From the NCBI RefSeq assembly GCF_009914755.1, contig NC_060933.1: a stretch of 64,000 nt of DNA. One strand, given 5' to 3'. The position numbers and the translations under genes were made by a program. The DNA is from the human T2T-CHM13v2.0 reference genome, Homo sapiens. This document shows positions 1-12,115 of the stretch, piece by piece. Position 1 is the stretch's first letter. Each line of letters opens with the position of its first letter. The notes under the pieces are model-generated. The model was given only the letters and a program-made list of their open reading frames with translations, searched no databases and was not told the origin of the DNA.

Positions 1-469
1 GTCTCCCCACCCTTAAGAGGAGGCCAGAATGGTTTGGTGGAGTTCGGTCCTGCCTGTCTTGGGCCCAGCCCTGGGCTGCACAAGGGACGGAGGAAGGACT
101 CAGCCATTGCCACTACCCAAGCCAGAGGAGCCAGTGGGCCTGGGGATGCCCCTCGGCTCCGACATGCCTGCCTCGGAGCTGTCTGCCCTTCCCCAGACCC
201 CCTCCCTCCTGCTTGACCCTGAGGGGCTGTGGCAGGTCAGAGATGTCCTTTGCTTCTGAGGGGCTGCTGCACCCTGAGTCCTAGGCCAGCTTGTCTCTGG
301 GGGCCTGGGACCCCAGTGATGCTGGGGAGGGTCCGCCTGGGCAGGAGTCTCAGGTCTTCCTGGGAGGACTGGGCTGCGGTGTGTGAGTCTCCTCTGCCTC
401 TGAGCAGCCTCCCCCGTGCCTCCACTCTGCCTCCTCCAGCCGCCACGCTCTGGTCTGGAGGGTAAAGAG

Positions 470-700
470 GCTCTGTGTTTACAGACACCTCCCGCCCGGC
501 CTCCGGCGCCAGCGGAACATGAGTCAAGCATGACTTCGTCTAGAAGGTGATTGTGCTGGCAAAGCATAAATCCCGGCCCCTCCTGCCCCCCAGCCTATAA
601 ATAAAGCGATCATATTTATAATGATGCTGGGCAGAGCTGCCAGGCCCTTCACAGCTTCAAAGTGCTTCACAAAACACTCGCTAATTAATTCTCGGCTGCC
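470..700. promoter_or_regulatory. Candidate intronic enhancer (intron 4)
   Basis: AT-rich island in GC-rich intron with TGTTTAC (476-482), TGAGTCA (520-526), CTATAAATAA (595-604) and TAATTAAT (~682). Confidence 0.35.
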
Positions 701-944
701 CTGGCGGAGGAGGCAGGTGCCAAGGAGCCCAGCTCCAGGCACCTGGGGAGAACTGGCAGCAAGGCCCCTCGCTCAGGGCCACCCTTGTCTGGGGCTCCCC
801 ATGCCCTGGGGCTACCTCTGAGCAGGAGAAAATCCCTGGCACCGGGCCGGGCTGGCGCGTGGGGTGGGAGGCTCCGGTGACAGCTCTGAGCACCTCCAGG
901 CCCCCCGTGTGCTGGCGCTTCCTCTTGGAGCCATCCTGGGGGTG

Positions 945-1090
945 GGCGCTGTCATTTTCATCTTACGGATGAGGGAGCCGAGGCACAGAGAGGTCAGGGG
1001 ACTTGGCCGGGGCCACACGGCTGCTTGGGCTGTGGCAGGCTAGCAGGCTCTGTGGGGCTGGGGTTGTCGGATCCCAGGGCCTGCAGCTTT
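945..1090. mobile_element. MIR SINE fragment (one of many; others at ~2380-2470, 6010-6080, 14240-14350, 20280-20390, 30310-30400, 41270-41340, 48990-49050, 55090-55440)
   Basis: MIR core-like text: catcttacggatgagggagccgaggcacagagaggtcaggggacttggcc; elsewhere cctcagtttcc(c/t)catctgtaaaatg. Confidence 0.6.
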
Positions 1091-3640
1091 AGGCTGCTCA
1101 CTGTCTTGAGCGCTCAGCCCTGCCCCTTTGGCTCTCAGAGCCTCAGCTTCCCCACTGGGAAGACAGCAGTGCCAGCTATGTCTTGGCACTGAGACTTTAG
1201 AATTCTGCCCTTGCTGCCCATCCTTAGGGTCTCAGGGACCTGGGCCAGTGGAGGTGCCGTACCCCTCAGCTCAGATGCTGGCTGAGATCTGCGTGTGCGG
1301 GGGCTTCCTGCCCCGGGGGCTGCTCAGCGTGGGTGGGGTCGGCTCTATAGGCTCAGGACCCTGTATGGAGGGTCGTGTCAGTAGTGACCCCGCCCCGGAT
1401 GAGCACCGCCCTCTGGAGGGCTCATGGAAGTCCCATGTGGGGGCTGACCGGAGCCTTCTGCAGCCTCTGCCAGACCCTTGCCATTTGCCCACCAGCCCTG
1501 CTCCCCATCCTGCCCCCACCCACCATCAGGTTTCCAGTAGGGCCAGGCCTGTGCATGCCGACTGCGGGGTCCCTGGCTGGCTCCTCTGCCTGGTTGGTGT
1601 ATCCTGAAGCTGGGGATGGGCCTCCCCGCCTGAGTCTCCCTGTGTGGGCGGAAGTCCCTCGCTCAAGCCAGTGGGCCATGCAGGAAACTGTTGGCACAGG
1701 GTGGCTGAGAGGCATCCACGTGGGGCTGTTACAGAGCTGTGGCGGCATGAAGGGAATCAGGGCAGGACTGGGGACCCTGGGCCCGGGGGTGTGAAGGGAG
1801 GGGCTTGCAGAGCCCCGAGACGGCTGCTCAGTGGGAGCTGTAGCTTCAGGAGAAAGTGGCGGCTGACACCGTGGCGGGTAGGGGCAGGGAGGGTGCCACA
1901 GGCACAGATATGTTCTCCCACCGTTTGCCAAACCCATCTGGAAGCCAGAGGGTGGGAGGGTGGGATGGGACATGGTCAGTCCATGGGTGGCTGGTGCCTG
2001 TGAGTACCCCAGGTGTTCTGCCCACCATCGAGACATCCTAGAGGGGCTGGGATGAGCCCCGCCACAGGCCCAGAGAGGTGGCAGCTTCAGGAACCCCTCT
2101 GCCAGGCCATACCCTTGGGCCCTTAGGAGGGCACCATCCTAGGCCTCAGACCAGGAGGAGAAGGGGCCTGGGTCAGGGACTACCCAGCCCAGCACACTGG
2201 CAGGAGGGCACAAGGGAGGGAGGAACTGGCCCCAGGTCCATGTCTGAGCTCGGAGGAGATACGGTGGGAAGGGCATTTCCAGGGCGAGAGTGGAGAGGCC
2301 TTGACTGGAGTAGGGGCGTGGAGCTGTGCTGGACAGAGGTGGCCGCAGGACCCCATGGTCGCTGTTGCTTTTCTGGCTCTGCGGTTTACTCACTTAGACC
2401 AGTCATTTTCTCTCTCAGCCATAGTTTTCTCACCGGTACAATGGGGTAATGTGAGTGCCCGCCCTGTGGGGCGGTGTTGGGGTTGTTGGGTGGTGGATGG
2501 AACAGAAGGAGGTGGTGGGGTTGGGGACCAGAGCCCCAGCTCAGGACTTTCAGGGAAGGGGACGTGTCTCGGGGGAACCGCCCATAAGCCAAGTGGACTC
2601 TTCTATCCAAATTCCATCTGGGTCCTAGCCTGTCCCCCGGCACTTGGGATCCCCAGATAGGCTGACAGAGGGGCTGAGGTGGCTTCCTCAGTGTTCAAAG
2701 TGGACAGTCGAGGAAGGCAAATCCAGGTGGAGGTAAGCTGGGGGCGGGAGGAGCCTCATGCGCCTGGGCAGCCAGGGCTCATGCCTCAGGCCCCTTTGCT
2801 GAGCGCCCACCCCCAGGGCTGATGAGAGTCAGCTGACCGGAGCCCATGCCTGGTGCAGATCCTGCTGCCTGCAAGCATCGCTCTATTTTGTCATAATGCT
2901 CGGCTTCTGGTTCCCCCCGAGTGGCTGCTTCCTGGGACAGATTGAAAGGCATCTCGGTGCCCTGCATGGGGCATGGTCGGTGGAGCTGGGTGGGCCGTCT
3001 CTGTGTGGCCAGGGTGGGGCCGGGCGCCTGCCCTCCATTTCTGGCAGGGCCCAGTGTCCTTGGGAGGGGCGTGGGGTCTGCAGGTGCACGGTTTCCTGCT
3101 TGCCCAGGTGTCTCTGAGCCTGTCCCTCCCCCGCCCCCCGCCGCAGGTTCCCCTTGCCCAGGCCCTCAGCCAGCACGGGTGCCCCTGTGCTGCCTCATGA
3201 GCGTGCTCTGCTCTGCTTCTGGGCCTTTGCAGGGATCGTGTCTCCAGCCTGAGCCATGATTCCTCTGCAACCTCCTCTTCCAGTCACATTGACACCTCTT
3301 CCAGGAAGGCTTCCTGGTTCTCCCTGAGTCCATAGACCGTCAGGACCTTTCTCGCCCCATGTTGGGGTCCCTGCTGCACTGTCTCCTTCCAGGCCCCAGG
3401 CAGGCTCCTGGTGTGAACATTGATTGGAATTAATGAGAGTTGGCCTCTGTTCTCAGAGCACACAACCACACGGAGGCCAGGCCTGGGGCAGAGATGGGGT
3501 CTCCATCACCCAGTGCTGGTGGGGATGCTGGTGTTGTGGGTGAGTTGGCTGGGAGCTGGCACCACCCGGCCAGGACAGCCTTCCCTGGGAGCCACTGGCC
3601 GGGCTGAGCGTGGGGCTCACCTGCGCCTCCCGGGTTGTAG

Positions 3641-3810
3641 CCGTGCAGGAGGAGCGGCAGCGTGGCAAGGACCGGAACGAGAATGAGGTGGAGTCGACCA
3701 GCAGCGCCAACGAGGACATGCCGGTGGAGAGGATCCTGGAGGCTGAGCTGGCCGTGGAGCCCAAGACCGAGACCTACGTGGAGGCAAACATGGGGCTGAA
3801 CCCCAGCTCG
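3641..3810 (+). CDS. RXRA: RXRA coding exon 5 (end of DBD C-terminal extension/hinge, start of LBD)
   Basis: Flanked by ttgtag| and |gtgagt; 170 bp; translates (A)[56 protein letters not shown], matching human RXRalpha ~204-260. Confidence 0.98.
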
Positions 3811-6800
3811 GTGAGTTGCAGCCTGTGCAGGGGTGGGCAGCCTCACATGCCTCAGTTTCCCTCACTCACTCACCCTCCCACCTGAGCAGCTGATGAGCCA
3901 GAGAGGTCCTGGGGGCTGCCCTGGGCCCTGTGGCTGCCTCAGCTCGGCCTCTTACCTGAGGTGACCCCGTGGGCCCCTCGCCCCAGCTGGGCGGCACTCT
4001 CCTCTCCTGGCCCATGCACGAGTAGCCCATGGGGCAGGGGCCAGGGGCCAGGGGCCCGGGGCCTGGGGCCCTGCGGCCACATCATCATCCTCGGCCATCT
4101 CTGCTGGGGCCTCAGCCGCCGTGTCCCCTCGGAGTTTGGCCTGTCTCGGTGCAGAGGCTGTCCCTGCTCCCCGGTGCCACTTGGAAAAGGTATGGGAGGA
4201 GGCCGAGCCCCCAGCAAGAGGCTCTGCAGGTTGGTTCCAGGGCTGGCTCTGCCAGCAGCCGTGTGGCCCTGGGCAGGTGCCCGGCAGTCGCGGTGGCTGC
4301 TGTTGATACAGGAAGCAGCTCTGCAGCCCCCCAGCTGGTCACCCCCATGCTGACCCTCCTGCCCCCTCCCACCCCAACAGCCTCAAGGGGAGGAGGATTG
4401 GGTGGGCCGCAGCCCTGGTCCCGGGCTCTTCTCCTGGGCTGGCTCCAGCTGGTCCTGGAGGTGTTGGATTCAAGACCCCCTGGCCTCGCCCTCCTCTCCT
4501 TGGACCCTCCCTGTTACTGGCTCGCTCCCTGTGGCATCTTTGCTTCTGGCTGTGGCCTTGCCAGGGAGGGCAGCACAGGGGCGTTCTGAACCCCTTCTAC
4601 CCTACCCTAAGGCCTAGGAACCTGTGCTGCTCGGGAACCATTGCTCCCTGGTGAGCTTGTCTGGCTGGGAGACCCCACCTGTCCCAGGCCCCACTGAGGG
4701 GGTGGCTCCAGCTGTGCCCGGGGTTGGGCAGGTGAGCTCCTGGCCACCCGTGTGAAGGTTCAGGACTGTGCAGTAAGCTTCCTGCTGCTGGGGACCTGGG
4801 TCCAGCTGGCCCTCAGGGCCCATGTGTCTTTTGCCATGGTCACCATGGTGTCCAGTCTTCATCTGTGTCTCCATGTGGGTTTGGGGCTGGGACCAGAGCC
4901 CTGTGGCCACCGAAGACCTTATACAGGCCGACCATGAGGTTGCCCCAACCTCTGTCCCTCTGTGGGCCCAGGCACACCAGCCTGCCCTCCGTGCTGGGTG
5001 CGCCCTGCAGGTCACTGTCTCCCCACCCCCCAGGGCCTTCGTGCTTGCAGCTCACGTGGCCTGGAACTGGGCCCTCTGGCTCTTCCCCAGGCTTTGGTCT
5101 CAGCTGAGGTACCTCCGGCCTTCATCTGTGCCCCTGCCAGGGTGGGGACTGCCCCTGTGATGTGGGCTGAGAGCACCTGATCTTTTCTCTGTGGCCCCTG
5201 GCACTGGCCACCACAGGGTGAGGTGTGTTCACAGGGTAAGGTGTGTGGTGGGTTAATTTCTGCCCCCACGAGGCTGCTGGTGATGGCTGTGCTGCTCCTC
5301 ACCACCAGCTTCGGTCAAGGACAGCGACCCCACCCTGCTCGTTGGCACTCACACAAGGCCGGCATCCCCACTGCCTCTGCCTGTCTGAGGGTGGGGGTCT
5401 GCTCTTGTCTGAGGCCCCGTGGCTGGGTCAGGGCCACCCTGCTTCCCTGCCCTTTCTGGATAGGACAACCTGGTGCCCCCACGTCCCCGGCTCTGCTCAG
5501 ACCTCTACTCTGGCTGGGGGCTGGGGCTGCCCAGCTTGGGGGAAGATGAATGGGACCCCGACAGCAGGCACCGTTCTTTCCGGAGAAACCCTCCCCTTGA
5601 GTGACAGGCACAGACCCACCCCCAGCCCTGGCTGGTCTGCACGCATGCCCTGCCCTGCTCCCGCCTCACCAGCCTCGCGGAGGGCAGGGGAGGGAGGGTG
5701 GCTGTGAGGGTTTCATGATCCAGCAGAAAATCCAAAAGCAAGTTTGGCAGATGCACAAAGGGCTGCCAAGTTTTTATTTCGTGAAGGACATTATTTGGGG
5801 GGGAATCTGCCATCTGCTGTCTCCGCCACTGCCTGAAAGTTCAGGGAGTTTAGAACCACAGAGGCAGGCAGGGCTCGCTGGGGATAAAGGACACGTCTTC
5901 CACGGGGAGGGGGTCTCTCTGTGCCCGCTCACTCCCTGCTCTGTCTCATCTCACACTGAACGCTCCTCTGTGGACTGGCCTGGGTCCAACTTCCAGAACC
6001 GCTCACTGGGCCCCTTCTCTCAGATGGGCAAACTGAGGTCCAGAGAGGGGGCGACCTGCCCAGCGTCACGGTCCTGGTGCCTGGTTTCTCCCCAGCGCGG
6101 GGCAGGGCCTGGGCGGGTCCTGTGGACACTTCTAGGCAGGAGTAGAGCCCATCACACGCCTACTGTTACATGAGGCACGTTGGATCTCCAGGCGAGAATG
6201 GGAGGCTCACAGAGGTTAATCCTTTCCCCAGGCCACACAGGGAGGTGGAGCCAGGATCCTGCACTATCCCTCCCTACCTAGGGGACCCCCTCCAGGCCTA
6301 GCCCTGCTGGTACTGGAGCGAGAGCCTCACACCTGCCGGGAGTGTGCCTCCTCCTCCGCTCCGGCCTCCTGGCTCTCCAGCCTGCCACATTCTGCTCCCT
6401 GTGGCCGGCTGTGCACACTGCAGGCACATGACAGATGGTGACCCGTGTGCCCACTCCTGCAGAGGTCCCAGCCAGCCCAGGAGGGCTTGAGGCTCTCCTT
6501 CCTACCCATGGCACCAGCCTGTCACCTGGGCCTGCTCTGGGCCCCGTCTTGGCTTCCGAGAGTGGCCGGCTAGTGGCTGGGAAGTTCCTGGGTACAAGGA
6601 TCCCCAGCAGAGCCACTGCTGCAGACACGGTGCTCGGGGCTGGTTCCCATATCCCCCCGCCCCTGCCAGGCCTGCTTCATCCTTTCTCAGGGATACCCTG
6701 CAGCCGATGGGCAGGCGAGAAGGATGGGCCCCTTTCAGCCCCCAGCGTGACAGAAGGAGAGGCTGAGGCTAAGAAGCCAGCCTGGCTGTGGCAGGCCTGG

Positions 6801-7609
6801 GGGGCGCTGTGCACAGATCCGGGAGCCCTGTGAGTGCTGGGGGCTGTGGCTGCTGCTGATGGAAGGTTTGTGGAGGAATGAGTGAGTCTGTGTAGACTGT
6901 GGTCAACCCCACTCAGCCGAGGGATCCCACCCCTGTGTATACCCCTTCTGGCTCGGGCCCCCAAGGGCTGCCCTGCCCTCTTCCGAGGGTCCTGGCCAGT
7001 CTCTGTGCCATTCCTCGGGGGCCTTCTCACTCCGCCCTCAGAGGCCTTTCCCGCCGGGCGCTGCGTTTAGGCTGCACGTCTCTGATGAGCAGATGGTTGC
7101 TGTTGGTGGAAGCTCTTCAAAGGGAGGCATTTTTCTCCTTGGCAGATGCCCTGAAGTGAGGGATCCCCGAATCCTATTCACAGTCGTTATTCCTGCAGCG
7201 GCACCACTGAGGGGGCCGTCATCTGAGTTCCCATTGCTCAGGACACAGAAGGTCCGTGACCCAAGCCCCACCTGCCAGGAGCTGAGGAGGGGCCTCCCCT
7301 CCTGCCCTGTTCAAGGCTGCCTGGGTCCCCTCATCTGTGAGACTGAATGGCCCCCTTCCGGCTAGGACTTTCCAAAGGAGCCGTGAATGCTGCTCTCTCT
7401 GTGCCTGGGGCCTGGTATCTCAGCCGAGGCTCCTGCCCTCCTGAGCTCCCACATCCATGCCTGATGGAACGTGAGAGGCCAGCCCTGTCCCCAGCGTGGG
7501 CCACCTTGGCCATCAGAGATGAAGGTGGTTGGTCCCACCCTGCTCCAGTGCTGCCCATATCCAGTTTCGTCAGCTCGCCGCACCTGCCTTCCAGAGCTGT
7601 GGGAGAGAC

Positions 7610-8063
7610 TCGTGCGTCCTGCTGTAACCCAGTGGCTGGAAACAACACACATTTTATTATATGACTGTTCTGTGGCCAGAGAGCCAAAAGCAGTCTTGCC
7701 GGGCTGACATCAAGGTGCCTGCCAGCTGGCTCCTGGAGGCTCTGCTGGGGAGTCTGCCCTGGCCTCTGCTTCTGGCACATTCCTTGGCTTGTGGCCTCTT
7801 CCTCCACCTTCAAACCCAGCAGTGTCTCTCTCCCCTTGGGCCCCAGCGTCTGTGATCTCATCTCTTCCTCTGACCCTCCTGCCTCCCTCTCATAGACCCC
7901 TTGCAATGACCCTGGGTCCCCCCAGTGGTGCAGGCTTACCTCCCAATATCAGGCCACACCTAATCACCTCTGCCAAGCCCCATGTGCCATGCAAGGTCGC
8001 ATAGTCCCAGGTTCTGGGGATTGGGGCCTGGGCATCTTTGGGGGCCGTATTCAGCGTCCTGCA
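7610..8063 (-). mobile_element. MaLR LTR relic (MLT1C/D-like)
   Basis: Characteristic segments acattccttggcttgtggcc, taatcacctctgccaag, ccaggttctggggattgg and catctttgggggccgtattcag. Confidence 0.6.
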
Positions 8064-8158
8064 TGGGCCCAGCGTGTGGCAGGGCCTGGTCTGGGCTGTG
8101 TTTGGTCAGTACACTGGCTTCTGGGACTGAATGTCCTGCTCTTCTTCCTCCACTGCAG

Positions 8159-8288
8159 CCGAACGACCCTGTCACCAACATTTGCCAAGCAGCCGACAAA
8201 CAGCTTTTCACCCTGGTGGAGTGGGCCAAGCGGATCCCACACTTCTCAGAGCTGCCCCTGGACGACCAGGTCATCCTGCTGCGGGCAG
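8159..8288 (+). CDS. RXRA: RXRA coding exon 6 (LBD helices 3-4)
   Basis: ctgcag| and |gtgagt; 130 bp; [43 protein letters not shown](G), with the nuclear-receptor signature WAKxIPxFxxLxxxDQ. Confidence 0.98.
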
Positions 8289-8330
8289 GTGAGTGGCGAG
8301 GCCTAGGTGGGGATGGGGATGCCATGCAGA

Positions 8331-9183
8331 TGGGACACGTACCAGGACACTCCCCCCTCCCGGGATACTCCGCACTCCCGGGACACTCCCCTGTCCTGGG
8401 ACACTCCCCCCTCCCAGGACCCACTCCTACCTCCCGGGACACTCCCCTCTCCTGGGACACACTCCTACCTCCCGGGACACTCCCCCTTCCCGGAACACAC
8501 TCCCCCCTCCCTGGATGCTCCCATCTCCCAGGACGCTCCCCTCTCCCAGGACGCTCCCCTCTCCCAGGACACTCCCGACTCCTGGGACACACTTCTACCT
8601 CCCGGGACACTCCCCACTCCTGGGACACACTTCCCCCTCCTGGGACACACTTCCCCCTCCTGGGACACACTTCCCCCTCCAGGGACACACTTCCCCCTCC
8701 TGGGACATACTCCCCACTCCTGGGATGCTCCCATCTCCCAGGACGCTCCCCGCTCCCAGGACACACTCCTACTTCCTGGGACGCTCCCCTTTCCCGGGAC
8801 ACTCCCCACTCCTGGGACACTACCCCCTCCCGGGACACACTCCCCGCTACCGGGACACTCCCCCCTCCCGGGACACTCCCCCGTCCCGTGACATTCCACT
8901 CTCCCTGGACGCTCCCCTCTCCCTAGACACTCCCTACTCCCGGGACACACTCCCTGCTACCGGGACACTCCCCCCTCCCAGGACACTCCCCTCTCCCGGG
9001 ACACTCCCCCCTTCCGGGACACTCCCCCCTCCTGGGACAGTCCCCACTCCCGGGACACTCCCCTCTCCCGGGACACTCCCCGCTCCCAGGACGCTCCCCA
9101 CTCCCGGGACACTCCCCTCTCCCCGGACACTCCCCACTCCCCGGACACTCCCCACTCCCGGGACACTCCCCCGTCCTGGGACC
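8331..9183. repeat. C-rich minisatellite, ~18-20 bp unit (GGGACACTCCCCCTCCC-like), ~45 degenerate copies, intron 6
   Basis: Repeated gggacac/gggacgc + tcccc units visible directly. Confidence 0.92.
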
Positions 9184-12022
9184 TCCTATGTACTCTATGG
9201 GACTGTTGGGGGAAGGGCCTGGGGCCTCAGTTTCCCTCCATCCCTCATAAGGAGGTGTACCATGCGGGGTCTCTCAGTGGCCTTCAGAGAGGTAATGGGC
9301 TGTCGGTGGAGGTTTGGGGGCTCTGGAGAGGGAGGCTGGCTGTGTTCCAGGGGCTGCCCAGGAGAGCCACGTGCTCTCTGCCCTTCTCCTCCCACTCCAA
9401 GGCCGCAGCTCTCTTTCCATGCGGTAATGGTGGTGCACAGAGCCACTGCACAGAAATGCCTGCTCCACGCGCATCACACTCCCCGTGATGCCATGCGGCG
9501 GCCAGGACGGTGGCTGGGAGCTCAGCTTTGGGGTTTTGGGGTCAGGTTGGCAGTGGAAGCCTGGATGGGGCAGGCCCCCTGCAAAGCTGGTCCCCCACCT
9601 GGAAAGGGGGTGTGAGGGGCGTGCTGACTGGGGCTGGTTCTTGCCGAGTCAGCCGGGGTAGCTGTGAGGCCAGGCTGTTAGTGGAGTTTCCTGCTGGTGA
9701 AGCAACACGTTGGGTGCCCAGGTCTGCCCTCACTGCCCGACGATGGTGCTGGTCACTGTCCCATGTCCCCCTGGGCCCAAGAAGCCAAGCTCCCTTAGGG
9801 CCGGGTGTCCCAGCTGCCTAGAGGCCCGCTACCGCACTGTGGGCTCCGCCGCCTCAGCCCGACTGGGGAGCCTCAGCCCATACAAGGCGGCTCCTAAGTG
9901 GCAAGTGGAGAAGACACAGCCAGAGACGGGCTCCCTGTGAAGCAGGGAATGTTCTGGAAGTTGCTTGGGTCAGGGCTGTGACCACACAGGCTGTGTGTAT
10001 AGGGCCTGGCGCCGTCGCCACCCTCCTGGAAGGACTCTTCTGGCCATACTGGGCCCCGCCGGAGGAGCCAGGATAATCTCCCATCTCAAAGTCCTTGACT
10101 TAATCCCGCTGGCCTCGTGTCTGGTGGGTCCTTGCCCCTCTGGGCCTGAGGCATGTGGCTGTCTGCCGTTGCGGGCTCAGACTTCTTTCAGGGTATGGTG
10201 AGTATTCCGCCTGCCAAGGGAACCCTGCCCTTGTTTGCAGGGGCTCCCCCAGAACCCTCGGTTCAGAGCCCCTGGCTTTGCCAGCTGCAGGCCTGCCTGA
10301 CCCCAGTGGTCCTTGGAGAGATAGCCAAGGCTTTTGCTGAGAGAGGGCGGTGCTCCCACCCCACCCCAACCCACCAGACCGATCCAGAGAACAGCTGGCC
10401 GCACGCAGCTCTTTTCCTGGGGATCCCAGATGGTTGTGCGCTGGGGGCCTGGCGGAGGTCCGAGTCGGGTTGGATGGCTGTGTCCGTCGCCATGTTTGTG
10501 TGGTGCCTGGCCCTGTGGTCCCATGTTCTGGCAGCTTCTGGCTCCAGCCTCAGCCTGTGTGGGGTGTTCGTGGTGGAGTGCGGTGCTGAGGGCCTGCGTG
10601 GGGTGGTCGTGGTGGAGTGCAGTGCTGAGGTTAGAGGGTTTCTGTGGCTGTCCCTCTTAGGTGGGCACCTGCCTGTGGTCTCCCTGCAGCTGTCAGGTGG
10701 GGGCTCCCCGCAAGGCCCTTCCCTTAGCCCAGAGCCCTGGTGCCATGAGTCCCCAGGCCCTTCTAGGATGCCTGGAAAGCCATCCCGTGGCATCTCTGCG
10801 AGGGTGGCCTCTGCTCCTGCCCAGAGGCTCTTTCCGGGAGATCTCTGCGGCTGCATGTCTCTGAGTGGGACTCCCAGCCTGACCTCCCCCTGGGCGCCCA
10901 CTGAGGTCCTTGCTGACCTGTCTCCAGTGGGCCCTGCTCATGCATGCTTCTGGCTTCGAGGGCCGCATGGTGAGGTCTGAAGCTGCATTTCCGGCATGAG
11001 TCCCAGCCCCACTACCCACGAGCAGCTGACCTTGGCTGAGTCACTTACTCTCTGTGCCTCAGTGTCCTTGTGTGTTCTGTCTGCCGGGGCCAGCAGCTCA
11101 CCCATCAGGTGGTCTCCCCAAGCCCCAGTAAGGTCCACTGAAGCACACGTCCAATTCAGATGTGGAACACTGGAGTTTGAAGCCTGCACTGGCCAGGTGG
11201 CTGGAGAGGACCTGGGTTAACTCCAAGGATACACTGTGCCTGGCTGGTGTTGGCTGAAGGACTCTGTCCCCCTCCAGGGGGCTCAGGTCAGGATCCATGG
11301 CTGTAGCCTGACTGGGGACCAGGGGTGATCCTGCTGGGTTTTCTTCTGGCAGGAGGCAGTGGCAGAGGTGAGGCCCCGCCCAGCTCCGGCAGGTGCCAGG
11401 GCCACTGAGTGCTCCCCCATTATGTCCCTGTGCTAGGCCCTCCCACTGTGTTCCCAGTGCTGGTGGGGGAGGTCACTTCCGCTGGGCGACAGCAACGATG
11501 GGAATGGGTGCCCAGACCTGCAATTCCCACCATCGTGAGAGCCATTGGCCATGCAGGTTCAAGGCCCAAGGTCTCTGCTCACTCCGGGGAGTGTCCACCT
11601 GTGGCTCGCGGTGACACTGAGTGGGGGTGCAGTGGCCACAGCCCTGCAGGGGCCCAGAAACTGGTGGAGGATTCCAGCCAGGCTGTGGGAGGTTGATGTC
11701 ACACGTGTCTGCTCCTGTGGGGTAGGGCCCCTTCCTTGGGGTGGGCTGCTGCCCTACCCGTCCAGGAGGCCTTCAGAAATAAAGCATTAAAATGAAGAGT
11801 TTTGGCTTGTTCCATGGAAGCTCTGGGTCACACCCTGACCCTTGTGTTTGTCAGATGAGTAAACTGAGACAGGGCCGGGTCGCTCACAGCTTTCAGGTTT
11901 CTCCGTCCAACCTCCTTCCCACCTGCCCCCTTCATCCCAGGCTGTTGCTTTCCAAGGCCGTGTTAGCTGCTCCAGCGGGGTCGTCTGAGGGCCTGGGTTG
12001 CACAGGCACCTCCTGCGTGGCG

Positions 12023-12115
12023 GCAGGGTGGGGGGTGGGGGGGGGTGAGGGGGGTGGGGGGAATGGAAGTGGGCGGGCCTTGCTGGGCTGGGAGGGAGGG
12101 AGGGAGGGGCCAGGC
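12023..12115 (+). other. G-run cluster, G-quadruplex-forming potential
   Basis: gggtgggggtggggggggtgaggggggtgggggg and gggagggagggagggagggg. Confidence 0.6.

Noticed and set aside
7960-9615. Long overlapping ORFs (292, 440, 194 aa) over the intron-6 minisatellite
   Set aside because: Stop-poor repeat sequence; low-complexity peptides with no domain resemblance
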